A stretch of DNA of 64,000 bases from Planctomycetota bacterium (lineage in GTDB: Bacteria > Planctomycetota > SZUA-567 > H5-PLA8). Within the stretch, counting starts at the first letter, position 1. Each line of letters starts with the position of its first letter. The translations under genes were made by a program, and so were the position numbers. This document shows positions 28,261-37,916 of this stretch, in pieces. The DNA is taken from positions 143,331-207,330 of the forward strand of contig JBBRPR010000009.1 of assembly GCA_038227875.1 (NCBI GenBank), written 5' to 3'. The notes under the pieces are model-generated. The model saw only the letters and a list, made by a program, of their open reading frames with translations. It did not search any database and was not told where the DNA came from.

Positions 28261-30858
28261 ATGGCACGCGATAGACGAGAGACGACCACGCTCATTCAAG
28301 GCCTGGTGTTCAGTGTTCTGATGTTCGGATCGATCGCGCGAGCGGCGGAACCCAAGGCGGCAAACATCGCGGCCAGCGGTACGGCGCCGGAGCTGATTCA
28401 AACTTACATGGCCGGCAAGGACGCTGGATTTCCCGCCACCTTCAGCATGGGCAGAGGTTTTCAATTCATCGGCGATTACCTTTATGTAAGCACCCGAGCG
28501 GGAGGTGGAATTCAGTATTTCAAACGCGACCCGCAAACAGGGACGCTCACGTATGTCGACAGCGTCGCGCATTCGACGCTGAAAGCCTCGTTTTCGCTCA
28601 GCGCTGCCGGCGGACGGCTGTACGGCCTGGGCTTGTTCGTGTGGGGCGTTACGGACGGCGACAAGCACAAAGTACTGAGTTGGTTTGACATCGATCCCAA
28701 CACGGGGAAGCCGATTGAGAAAGGAACGATCGAAGTCACCGCGGCCAGTTGGGGGGAGCAACTGCTGGTGGGGCCCGACGAGAAGGATCTCTACGCCTTT
28801 TTGTGGACGCCGGAGGGCAACAAATTCATGCGCTACAAGCTCGGCGCAGACGGCAAGCCTGAGAAGGCCGCTGAGATTACAGGCGGCGGACTCTCCGCCT
28901 CTGCCTGCCTCTCTCCGGACGGAAAAAATATTTACACCGCCGGCGATCACGCCATTGCCATTGTCGAACGCCAGGCGACCGGCGCGATCGCGTACAAAAA
29001 AGCGCTCTCGCTGAATTGCATCGTGGAACTCAAGCCGCCGGAGGTGATTGAAGCAGGAGATCTGCAGGCCTCGGTCAGCGGTATCTCGCCGGATGGAAAA
29101 TGGCTTTATATCTCGCTCGGCAGCCGGATCGCCCGGACGAAAAATTACTTCGGCATTTTCAAACGCGATCCGGCGACGGGGGAGCTGACCTACTCGGAGG
29201 GCGGTTCCGACGCCGATCCGCGCTACAGTTCACTCGCCAGTCTCGGCGGCATGAACCTGGTGTTTGGGCCGGACGGCAAATCCGGATTCATCACCAACGG
29301 ACGGTGCCTGGTACAGCAGTTCCAACTGGAGGCCGCGACCGGCCGGATCAAAATCCTCAACGATGTTGTGCTGGGCAAACCCGGCGAGATCAAGTGCCGG
29401 CCCTACGGATGCCTGGAGGCCGATTTCAAGAAAGGCTTCCTGTACGGAGCCGGCGTCTGGCAGCACGATTCATACGGCGGCTGCTCGCGCGGACTCTGGT
29501 CCGCAAAGTTCAATCCGGCGGCGGCGCCTTCCGGCACGGAACGAGCGGATCTCCAAACGCCGCTCGTGGCCGCCGCGAACACCAAAGCCGCGGGCGAAGA
29601 CTGGCCCACCAAACTCGGCGTGAATGGCGATGGAAAAAGTTCTCTGAAAAACATCCGCAAAGACTGGAGCGGCGGCCTGAAGAAAGTCTGGGAAGTCACC
29701 GGCTTGAGTCCCGGCGATTCCACCTGGTCGACGCCCGCCGTGCTGGGCAACAAATTGATCGTGATGGGGACGCACGGATTCATCGACGAAGTCTTCTGCT
29801 TCGACGCCGACAAAGGCGGCCGCCCGCTGTGGATCACCGACCTTTCGGGAGCCGGCGACATCTCCCAATATGGCGGCCGCGATGGCTGGTGCGGCGGCCC
29901 GGTGACGATGCCCTGTATCAGCGGCGACAAAGTCTACGTCACACAAAGCGGCAAGTTCAATTGCCTGAGCATGACGGATGGAAAAGTGTTGTGGAGTAAA
30001 ACCGTCGTTACTCCCTGCCATACGTATGCGGCCACGCCGCTGGTGTGCGACAATCTGTTGATTGTGCCGGGAACTTTCCAGGCCGATGGCAAGAAAGCAT
30101 TCTTGCTGGCCGCGTTCAACAAGGACACGGGCGACACGGTCTGGACCTACGATGGCGTCGGGAATTTTTCTGGCGGCGACAGCCCCACTTTTGGCCACGT
30201 CTCGCCGCTGCGCATGAAAATCAACGGCGTCGATCAGATCGTCTACAATACCGGCGCGCTGGCCTGCGGTCTGAACATCAAGACCGGCAAACCCATCTGG
30301 GAATACCCGTTTGAAGCCAAGGGCTCCAACGTCAATGCCTCTGAACCGGTCTCGGACGGTTCAACCGTCGCGATCATGCTGGGCGACGGCGCCGCTAGTC
30401 CCTTCGGTCTGCAGGTTGAGGGCGCGTCCGTGAAACCGCTCTGGAGCAAAATTCCCAACTTCCGGGCCTATTGGAGCGATGCGATTCTTAAAGACGGATT
30501 CATGTACACGTTTTCGTCGGATGGCCTGTACAGCGCCGGCAACAGCGATTTTCGTTGCGTCGACCTGAAGACCGGGCAGCCGAAATGGGTCCAGCCCAAA
30601 ACCGGTTGCGGGACCACGCTGGAAGTCGACGGCCATCTGATCTGCCTGACCTATTCCGGCGACCTGTGGCTGGTGAATCCTTCGCCGGAGGGCTTCAAGA
30701 AGGTCACGGAATGGAAGGGAGCCGTCAAACAGGAGCCGTGGTGGACTCACGACGGCGGAAAAACCCCCGCGCCCTGCTGGACCACCCCCATCATCGCCCA
30801 CGGAAAGCTCTACATCCGCTACAGCGATACGTTGACCTGCTACGATTTGCTGAACTAA
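28261..30858 (+). CDS. Secreted protein: lactonase-like beta-propeller + PQQ/BamB-like beta-propeller
   Basis: Signal peptide; SPDGK and FKRDPxTGxLTY repeats; DWP..G, TGK..W, GKLYIR. Confidence 0.8.
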   Translation: MARDRRETTTLIQGLVFSVLMFGSIARAAEPKAANIAASGTAPELIQTYMAGKDAGFPATFSMGRGFQFIGDYLYVSTRAGGGIQYFKRDPQTGTLTYVDSVAHSTLKASFSLSAAGGRLYGLGLFVWGVTDGDKHKVLSWFDIDPNTGKPIEKGTIEVTAASWGEQLLVGPDEKDLYAFLWTPEGNKFMRYKLGADGKPEKAAEITGGGLSASACLSPDGKNIYTAGDHAIAIVERQATGAIAYKKALSLNCIVELKPPEVIEAGDLQASVSGISPDGKWLYISLGSRIARTKNYFGIFKRDPATGELTYSEGGSDADPRYSSLASLGGMNLVFGPDGKSGFITNGRCLVQQFQLEAATGRIKILNDVVLGKPGEIKCRPYGCLEADFKKGFLYGAGVWQHDSYGGCSRGLWSAKFNPAAAPSGTERADLQTPLVAAANTKAAGEDWPTKLGVNGDGKSSLKNIRKDWSGGLKKVWEVTGLSPGDSTWSTPAVLGNKLIVMGTHGFIDEVFCFDADKGGRPLWITDLSGAGDISQYGGRDGWCGGPVTMPCISGDKVYVTQSGKFNCLSMTDGKVLWSKTVVTPCHTYAATPLVCDNLLIVPGTFQADGKKAFLLAAFNKDTGDTVWTYDGVGNFSGGDSPTFGHVSPLRMKINGVDQIVYNTGALACGLNIKTGKPIWEYPFEAKGSNVNASEPVSDGSTVAIMLGDGAASPFGLQVEGASVKPLWSKIPNFRAYWSDAILKDGFMYTFSSDGLYSAGNSDFRCVDLKTGQPKWVQPKTGCGTTLEVDGHLICLTYSGDLWLVNPSPEGFKKVTEWKGAVKQEPWWTHDGGKTPAPCWTTPIIAHGKLYIRYSDTLTCYDLLN

Positions 30859-30892
30859 CGGCCACCAGATTTGCGTCTAAGTGTGGCGTTGC

Positions 30893-33787
30893 TTACTCTT
30901 CGACTTCGACGGTCACCGTGACCGGGTTGCCGCCGCGCACACCGTCACTCACGGCCAGATCGAATTTGTAAACGCCAGGCGAGCGGATCTTGAAGCTGAC
31001 TTGCTTGTCGGCCATCTGTTCGGCCCGAAGCGCCAGGTCCTCGCCACCGGTCTGTTCCCAGACACAGTAAAGCGGCTTGTCCTTCGGCCCGATGCTCGCG
31101 CTGCCGTCGAGGATCACCAAGCCGCGGACCTTCGATTGCACGGTCGTATTCTTGACCAGCGCAATCGCGCCGACGTATTCGGAGAGCTCACGGAACGCGC
31201 TAATCAGCGCTTCGTCGCCAGGCTTTACGGCCCACGCGCCGCGGTACATGGCCTCGGCTTCTTCGAACGATTGCGCGGCCTTGATCTTGTCGTCCTCGGT
31301 CTTCAACGCGGCATGGCCCAGCGCGTCCTGGAAGGCCCGTTTGCCGGCGGCCAGTGCGCCCTCGAAGTCCTTCGGAATCGGAGGCAGCGGACGCTTGGGG
31401 TGGGGCGGACGCGGATCCTTTTTCTTAGGCGGATCGCGCGGCGGCGGCAGCGGCGCAGGGCCCGTCGCCTTCGCCGGGTCGGTCTTCGGGGGATCGGTCT
31501 TCGCGACTTTTTTCGGGTCGGGTTTCGTCTCTGTCTTCGGCGGATCGACCTTGGCCGGCGCCGGGTCGGGCGTCTTGGGAGGATCCACTTTCGCGGTGTC
31601 GGTCTTGGCCGGCTCCGTCTTCGGCGGATCGGTCTTCACGTCTTCAGTCTTGGGGGGATCGGTCTTGACGACTTCATCAGGCTTCTTGGCGGGCGCGCCG
31701 GTGGCCTTCGTGACCTCCGCCAGCAAGGTCGCATCGGGCGTGTAGCCGAGCTCCTGGAGCGCGGTGAGGTGCTTCATCGCCTCGGCATCCTGCTGCGTAC
31801 CGTGTAGCGCAATGGCCAGATCGCGGTGGATGCGGTAATCGCTGACCTTCGCGGAATTGGCTTGCGATTCGGCCGTTTGTAACGAGGACAGCGCGCTGGA
31901 GTAGTCCTTGGTGCCCAGCACGGCTGAGCCGTAATTCCACATGATCTCCCACGACACCTGCTTGTTGGTGCCGGTGCCGCGGCGGTACCATTCGCGGGCT
32001 TCATCCATCGCGCCGCCGCGGGCGTTGCAGTGGCCGACATACATCATGGCTCCCGCGTCGCCGGCGTTGGCGGCTTCTTCGAATTTCAACACAGCCGGCG
32101 CGAATTCCCGCAGCTCGAACAACGCCACGCCCAGGTCGTACGCGGTCTTCAGGTCCTGCGGATTGGCGGCCAGCGCGTCGGTCAGCGTCTGCTTGGCGTC
32201 CTTGTAATTTCCCGCCTTCATCAGCTTCACGCCCTGCTTGTGAAGGTCGTCGGCCTTGGCCGGATCAACTTTCACGGGCTCCGTTTTTTCCGGTCCCTTG
32301 GCGGGAGCCGGCGCGGGGTCCGTGGTCGTTGTTTTCGGAGGCATGGCATCCGTGGTCTTGACCGGCGGAGTCGGCGGCGGATTGGCGGACGCGATGTCGG
32401 TCTTGTGTGTTTCGGGTGGTTTGGTTTCCGTGGTCTTTGCCGGTTCGGTGGTGCCGGTCAGGGGCGTGTTGCCGACTTCCGTTCCGGTCGCAACGGGCTT
32501 TTCGCTGGGATCTTCTTCGACCTGCACTTCCACTTCCACCGGCTTGCTCGACACCCCGTTGGCGGAGACGGTCAGTTCGAAGCGATAAACGCCGGCTTCC
32601 GGAATGCGCATGCCGATGCGGTCCTTGGTCAACGCGTCGGGCGTGAGCGCCAGGTCCGGTCCTGAAGTCTGCGACCAATGGAATTGCAGCGGGCCGCGGC
32701 CGATGCTGTTGCGCGCGTCCAGTTCCACGAGCTGATTGTGTTCGACCAGTTCCTGCCACGAGCCGGTCTTTTTGCAGGCGCGGGCGTGGATCAATTTCTT
32801 GGCCGGAATCGCGACGGGCTGATCGCCCTGAACCTGCGCCGGCAGAGGAACGGCCGTGTCATCAGAGGGCGCAGGACGCGCGACGAGTCCCGCCGAATCA
32901 ATGCGCGCTTCGACCTGCGCTTCGCCGCGGAGCATCTGGCAGATGTCAAAGTTCCACACCAGCTTTGTGCCCTCGGTCTTCATCGCATTGCTGTTGCGGA
33001 CCTTGCCTTTCAGATCGAGCACGAACTCCCAGCGGACGTTGTAAAACAGGAGCAGGTTCTTCTGGTAGAGATCGCGGTTGCTGTCCTTGCCCTTGCGGAA
33101 GCGGTACGAACGGACGCCGGCTTCGGTGTCGAAGAACGACGCGCCGTTGAGCATGTAGAAGCCGCCGGTGTCGAAACCCTTGGCAAAGTTCGTCAGCGAT
33201 TCGAACGTCTTGAACGAGAGCAGCCCGATGGTTTCGATCGACTTGCCGCTCGGCGCGTCGACGCGCGCTTCGAGATGCTTCATGCCTTCGTCCATGAAGT
33301 TGATCAGCTCGACTTTGCTGTATTGATTCTGGCGGAGGTCTTCTTCGGTGTAGGTCCGTTCCGGCTGGCCCATCAGGCGGTCAAAGCGCCGGCCGCATTC
33401 GGCCAGCAAGGTGCGGTCCGACCAGAGCGTCAGATTGCCGCTGCCGTCGGGTTGAAGTTCCAGCGTGACGCGATAGCCCACCTTGCTCTTGCCGCATTTG
33501 GCCAGGAGTTCCGCGTACTTGACGCGTCCAGAACCGGTCTCGGTCTGGAGATGATGGAGCAGCTGGCGTTCGGCGGCAGAACCCAGCGAGACGAGTTTAT
33601 CGACGGCCGCTTTGGCGACCGCGGCATCCTTGTCACCGGCCTTCTCAATCAGATTTTCGACTTCGGGATCGGCGACGTAGGCGCCGCCATTACCGTTCGT
33701 GACGGGTGCATCGCCGGCAGCCCACGCAGGAACGTGACACGACAAAACACATAACGCCAGCGACCACAAAACCGAACTTCGCAACAT
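30893..33787 (-). CDS. Secreted TPR protein with two PKD-like Ig domains and Pro/Lys/Thr linkers
   Basis: Signal peptide; LD.RNS..W.QTSGP..G.Y.F.L.VS occurring twice; TPR helices; KTDPP pentapeptide repeats. Confidence 0.75.
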   Translation of the reverse strand: MLRSSVLWSLALCVLSCHVPAWAAGDAPVTNGNGGAYVADPEVENLIEKAGDKDAAVAKAAVDKLVSLGSAAERQLLHHLQTETGSGRVKYAELLAKCGKSKVGYRVTLELQPDGSGNLTLWSDRTLLAECGRRFDRLMGQPERTYTEEDLRQNQYSKVELINFMDEGMKHLEARVDAPSGKSIETIGLLSFKTFESLTNFAKGFDTGGFYMLNGASFFDTEAGVRSYRFRKGKDSNRDLYQKNLLLFYNVRWEFVLDLKGKVRNSNAMKTEGTKLVWNFDICQMLRGEAQVEARIDSAGLVARPAPSDDTAVPLPAQVQGDQPVAIPAKKLIHARACKKTGSWQELVEHNQLVELDARNSIGRGPLQFHWSQTSGPDLALTPDALTKDRIGMRIPEAGVYRFELTVSANGVSSKPVEVEVQVEEDPSEKPVATGTEVGNTPLTGTTEPAKTTETKPPETHKTDIASANPPPTPPVKTTDAMPPKTTTTDPAPAPAKGPEKTEPVKVDPAKADDLHKQGVKLMKAGNYKDAKQTLTDALAANPQDLKTAYDLGVALFELREFAPAVLKFEEAANAGDAGAMMYVGHCNARGGAMDEAREWYRRGTGTNKQVSWEIMWNYGSAVLGTKDYSSALSSLQTAESQANSAKVSDYRIHRDLAIALHGTQQDAEAMKHLTALQELGYTPDATLLAEVTKATGAPAKKPDEVVKTDPPKTEDVKTDPPKTEPAKTDTAKVDPPKTPDPAPAKVDPPKTETKPDPKKVAKTDPPKTDPAKATGPAPLPPPRDPPKKKDPRPPHPKRPLPPIPKDFEGALAAGKRAFQDALGHAALKTEDDKIKAAQSFEEAEAMYRGAWAVKPGDEALISAFRELSEYVGAIALVKNTTVQSKVRGLVILDGSASIGPKDKPLYCVWEQTGGEDLALRAEQMADKQVSFKIRSPGVYKFDLAVSDGVRGGNPVTVTVEVEE

Positions 33788-33925
33788 CAAACGCAAACCT
33801 CCGGGTAAAGGCCGTAAGCTTATACACTTTAGACGCCGATGCACATTATGAATTGGAGGAATTTTGCGAAAAATGACACGGAAAGGAGCGCTATAAGGAG
33901 GGATTGCAACACGGCTTGGATGAAA

Positions 33926-33956
33926 GCGGATGACGGACTAAAAGTCCGCCATCCGC
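33926..33956. repeat. REP-like/terminator-like hairpin
   Basis: GCGGATGACGGACT-aaa-AGTCCGCCATCCGC directly after the stop of 33964..34311. Confidence 0.5.
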
Positions 33957-33963
33957 ACCAAAT

Positions 33964-34311
33964 TCAATCTTTGACACGCACCCAGAAATTTACGATCTTA
34001 CCGCCGGACTTGTCGGGCTGTTCGACGCGCATCGCATCGGGATTCTTGGAGTTGAAGGTGCAGGTGACGGGTCCGTAAGAAAACTGCGTGCCGACCAGAC
34101 CTTCGACCCACTTGCCCGTCAACAGTTCCTTCGTGCCGTCGGTCTTTTTGCAGATGATCTCGAACTCCTTCGGGTTGTTCGGAATGATGAACACATTGCC
34201 CGAGGTCGACTTCCAGACGCCGATGGCGCTGGCGGCATGCGCTTCTCCAACGCAGACGGCCGAAATCAGAAATGCAGCGCCCAAGGTGTACGCGCGAACG
34301 GACGCGATCAT
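33964..34311 (-). CDS. Small secreted hypothetical protein
   Basis: GAGGGGG RBS, signal peptide ending AHA-A, G.WKS beta-rich body. Confidence 0.7.
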   Translation of the reverse strand: MIASVRAYTLGAAFLISAVCVGEAHAASAIGVWKSTSGNVFIIPNNPKEFEIICKKTDGTKELLTGKWVEGLVGTQFSYGPVTCTFNSKNPDAMRVEQPDKSGGKIVNFWVRVKD

Positions 34312-34410
34312 AGCCCCCTCTTTTAACTCAATTCACATAGGCAGAGACACGATGTGCTGCACTATGTGCTCAATGGAGGATTTCTAGCGAATGTTTCTGC
34401 GCTGTCAACG

Positions 34411-36501
34411 CTATTTATTGATCGCCCAGCCGGCCCAGACCACCTGCAGGCGCTTGGAGTCGCTGCTGTACACTTTCTGGATGGCGTGTTCGCTGTCGAG
34501 ACCTTCGCGGATCGCGACGACCAGTTTGGGGAAGAGTTTTGGTTCGTTGCTGATGAAGAAATTGACCATCGAGTAGCAGGTCAGATAGTCGAGCGCCGTT
34601 GAGCCGATCGGGACCATATTGAAGACGAGGTCCCACGTTTTCAGCTTGGCTTGCGCGGCGTACTTCTTGATTTCCGTGTCCCAGTTTTCGCCGAAGTGAA
34701 CTTCGTTCTTCTCGTACTGAAAGGCGTAGACGAGGTTCTTCTTGGTGATTACGTTTTCGCACCACGACGCGAAACCCAGGCGCAGCCACGCGGGGGCTTT
34801 GTTGTCGGTGGCGCGCATCATCAGCATTTCGCCAAACTGATAGAGCGCCATGCTGCGCGCGCCGGTGCCGCCGGCGCGTTGCGCGTTCAAGACGGCCATG
34901 TGCGGCAGCATGAAGCCGGTGGATTGTTTCTCCAGCGACCAATCGCCTTTTGGATCCTGCGCTTTCAGCGCGTCGAGGAAGAGCATGTAGCCGGCTTGAT
35001 CGGCGCCGATCAGGATCTGATCGGTCTCCGGCCGTGTCTGCGCCAGCACGGTGCAGAACTCCGTTGTCTGCAACTGCATCGTCAGTTGTTCGATGGCGTT
35101 GGCGACAATCTTGAGTTCGCTTTCCGGCAGGGTCGAACGGAGCGTGATGTGATGGGTTTCAACGTACGACAATTTGGCGCCGGCAAGTTCCTCCCATTTC
35201 TTATGAGCGGCCATCGCGCCTTCCAGGCGCGTCTTTTCAGCGGCGACCAACGTGCTGGGATCCTTGGTCGCGGCGCATTTGGTGCAAAAGCGGAACGGTA
35301 CCGCGTTGGCGGCGGTACTCGCCGTGATCGCTTCGGTACCGGCGTGAATGTACGACTTCAATCCAATCAACGGCAGGTAGCCGGTGCCCAGACATTGAGG
35401 ACAGATAGGAACTGGCGGAGGCGGAGCTGCCTTGGCTGGCGCCACGGGCTCGGCAGGTTTGGTGGCGACTTTTTTCTCCGGCGCATCGGCATCCGCAGGC
35501 GCGGAAGCCGGATCCGGACGCGTAGATTTCGGCTTGGCGACGTCTGGCGTGTCATCGGGCGCGTCGTTCATCGCGGGAGTGGAGGGCGCTTTTTCGGGCG
35601 GCTTCGTTTTCTTTGATGCGCCGACATCGACGTCGTCTTCGGGCGGCGGTAATTTCTTATCGGCGGCAGCGGCTTCGGCGAGTTTCTTCGCTTCCGCGGC
35701 GGCCATGGAGTCGGCGACTTTCTGCGCAAACGGAACTTCGCGCGGATCGTCCGGCGGGACGGACTTGGCGACCGGTTCTTCCGTCTTCGCGGGCGGCATC
35801 GGTGGCAATGCCGGCGCTGGGGCTTCCGACGGCACGAGGACGATGTTTGGCTTCGGCGCTTCGGCGACTTTGATCGGAGCCTGTGTCGCCGGCGTTTGTG
35901 CGACCGGCGTCGTGGCGGCGGGCGGCGGCGAACCTGAGCCCAATTTGCCCGCGATAAATGCGATGCCGAAAATCAATCCCGCCACGGCTACGCCACCCAC
36001 GGCGTAAACCAGCGGCGAACGCTTCCCTGCTTCCGCGGCGGCGCCGGGAACGACGGGAGCCTGGCGGCTGCCGACGACGAACGACGCGCCATCGTTTTCC
36101 GCCGGGACCATGATGTTGGCCTGGCAAACCGGACAGGGCGCCGCGCGGCCCGCGAGACCGGCGGGAAAGCCCGTGCGCTTGTCGCACGACGGACAGGTGA
36201 ACGTGATGAATGAAAGACCTTTCGTCGCGGACGCTTTGCCGCTGGATGCGGATGCAGAGGCAGGGGCTGAAGCGGGCGGGGAAGGGGGTGTGGAAGAAAC
36301 TTCGGCCGAGTCAGAGACTTCAGGAACCGCTGGATTGCCAGCGCTGCTTTTCACTTTGTCGATCGCGGTGCTATTGCTGGCGCCGATCGCCGGAATGCGA
36401 ATCACTGTTTTGCAGGACGGACATTCACCCCTTTTACCCGCGTACTTTTCGGGCACGCGGATGGTCTTGTTGCAATTCACGCACTTGAATTCGATCGGCA
36501 T
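34411..36501 (-). CDS. Membrane protein: two N-terminal zinc ribbons, TM, Pro-rich linker, Cys cluster, peptidase-MA-like domain
   Basis: CxxC/CPxC pairs twice; CPQCLGTG..CTKC; APAWLRLGFA (PxWLxEG-like). Confidence 0.65.
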   Translation of the reverse strand: MPIEFKCVNCNKTIRVPEKYAGKRGECPSCKTVIRIPAIGASNSTAIDKVKSSAGNPAVPEVSDSAEVSSTPPSPPASAPASASASSGKASATKGLSFITFTCPSCDKRTGFPAGLAGRAAPCPVCQANIMVPAENDGASFVVGSRQAPVVPGAAAEAGKRSPLVYAVGGVAVAGLIFGIAFIAGKLGSGSPPPAATTPVAQTPATQAPIKVAEAPKPNIVLVPSEAPAPALPPMPPAKTEEPVAKSVPPDDPREVPFAQKVADSMAAAEAKKLAEAAAADKKLPPPEDDVDVGASKKTKPPEKAPSTPAMNDAPDDTPDVAKPKSTRPDPASAPADADAPEKKVATKPAEPVAPAKAAPPPPVPICPQCLGTGYLPLIGLKSYIHAGTEAITASTAANAVPFRFCTKCAATKDPSTLVAAEKTRLEGAMAAHKKWEELAGAKLSYVETHHITLRSTLPESELKIVANAIEQLTMQLQTTEFCTVLAQTRPETDQILIGADQAGYMLFLDALKAQDPKGDWSLEKQSTGFMLPHMAVLNAQRAGGTGARSMALYQFGEMLMMRATDNKAPAWLRLGFASWCENVITKKNLVYAFQYEKNEVHFGENWDTEIKKYAAQAKLKTWDLVFNMVPIGSTALDYLTCYSMVNFFISNEPKLFPKLVVAIREGLDSEHAIQKVYSSDSKRLQVVWAGWAINK

Positions 36502-36809
36502 GTCGTCTCCGTGGAGTTCCCTTACAAAAGTAAGTCGATATAACTGACTAACCCACTGCACAAAGGCTTAGGCGGAAATGCGGAATTCAAAAGTTGAATT
36601 ACATTTCGGCAACCTCTGTATCACGCTTTCTCCGTGCACGATGAGAACTTCGCTGCTAAATCGTGCCGCCTGAACACGAAGCATCCAAAATATTTGAAGT
36701 TTGCATTTTCATTTCCAGTCCATTCCGTAAAAATAAGCGCACATTCAAGTTGAGCTGTTTTCAGAGTGCTCGAATTTCAACCCTCGCGCACCTCACTCCG
36801 GGGATCACT

Positions 36810-37916
36810 GTGGCTGGCGTGCAGTCCGAATCCATTTCCGTGCCCACCTTTGTCCCCGCTGAAAATCCGGTTCCAGCCCCGGCTGCGGCGGAAGGTAAGT
36901 TCACACAAAAAGCGATCTCGATCGTCATCCCGCTGCTCAATGAAGAGAAAAACGTCCCCATTCTTTACCAGCGCCTGGTGGCCGCGCTGGAGCCGCTGGG
37001 ACGCAGCTACGAAATCATTCTCGTCAACGATGGCTCCCAGGACTCGACGTCCAGCCTGATCGCTGCGCTGGCCGAACGCGACAAGAACATCGTCGCCATC
37101 GATTTCCGCCGCCGCTACGGACAGACCGCGGCGATGACCGCCGGCATCGACTACGCCGTCGGTGAAGTCATCATCTGCATGGACGGCGATCTGCAAAACG
37201 ATCCGACCGACATCGGCCGCCTGCTGGCCAAACTCGATGAAGGCTTCGACGTGGTCTGCGGCTGGCGCGAGAAGCGCAAAGATCCATTCATCCGCACGCT
37301 GCCGTCGCGCATCGCCAACATGCTGATCTCGCGTATCAGCGGCGTGCGCTTGCACGATTACGGCTGCACGCTCAAAGCCTTCCGTCATGAATTTGCCAAG
37401 GAGATCCGTCTCTACGGCGAGATGCACCGCTTCATTCCGATCTACGCGTCGTGGCAGGGCGCGCGCATCACGGAAATTTCCGTCAACCATCATCCGCGCA
37501 CGCTGGGCAAATCGAACTACGGACTCGAACGGACAATGAAAGTCGTGCTCGACCTGATGGTCGTGCAGTTTCTTTCGACGTATTCGACCAAGCCGATTTA
37601 CCTCTTCGGCGGCTTCGGGATTTTAAGTTGCCTGATGTCGGTCCTGGCCGGCGCGACGGCGCTGGTCTTGAAAATGCTCCCCGGCGTCACCACGCCGACG
37701 TCGTGGCACAAGGATCTGGTCAGCACGCCGTTGCCGGTGCTGTCGGTGGGCTTGTTCATCATGGGCATCCAGATGATCCTGATCGGGCTGCTGGCCGAAG
37801 TGCAGATCCGCACGTACTACGAATCGCAGAACAAGAGTATCTATCAGGTGAAGTGCGTGCGCGGACGCGCGGCGATCACCAGCACACCCAATTCCTTTGG
37901 TGGCGGAAAGAGTTGA
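36810..37916 (+). CDS. GT2 polyprenyl-phosphate glycosyltransferase (ArnC/GtrB-like)
   Basis: ISIVIPLLNEE, NDGSQD, YGQTAA, MDGDLQNDP, HDYGCTLKA, GEMHRFIP, 2 TM; start uncertain. Confidence 0.88.
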   Translation: MAGVQSESISVPTFVPAENPVPAPAAAEGKFTQKAISIVIPLLNEEKNVPILYQRLVAALEPLGRSYEIILVNDGSQDSTSSLIAALAERDKNIVAIDFRRRYGQTAAMTAGIDYAVGEVIICMDGDLQNDPTDIGRLLAKLDEGFDVVCGWREKRKDPFIRTLPSRIANMLISRISGVRLHDYGCTLKAFRHEFAKEIRLYGEMHRFIPIYASWQGARITEISVNHHPRTLGKSNYGLERTMKVVLDLMVVQFLSTYSTKPIYLFGGFGILSCLMSVLAGATALVLKMLPGVTTPTSWHKDLVSTPLPVLSVGLFIMGIQMILIGLLAEVQIRTYYESQNKSIYQVKCVRGRAAITSTPNSFGGGKS

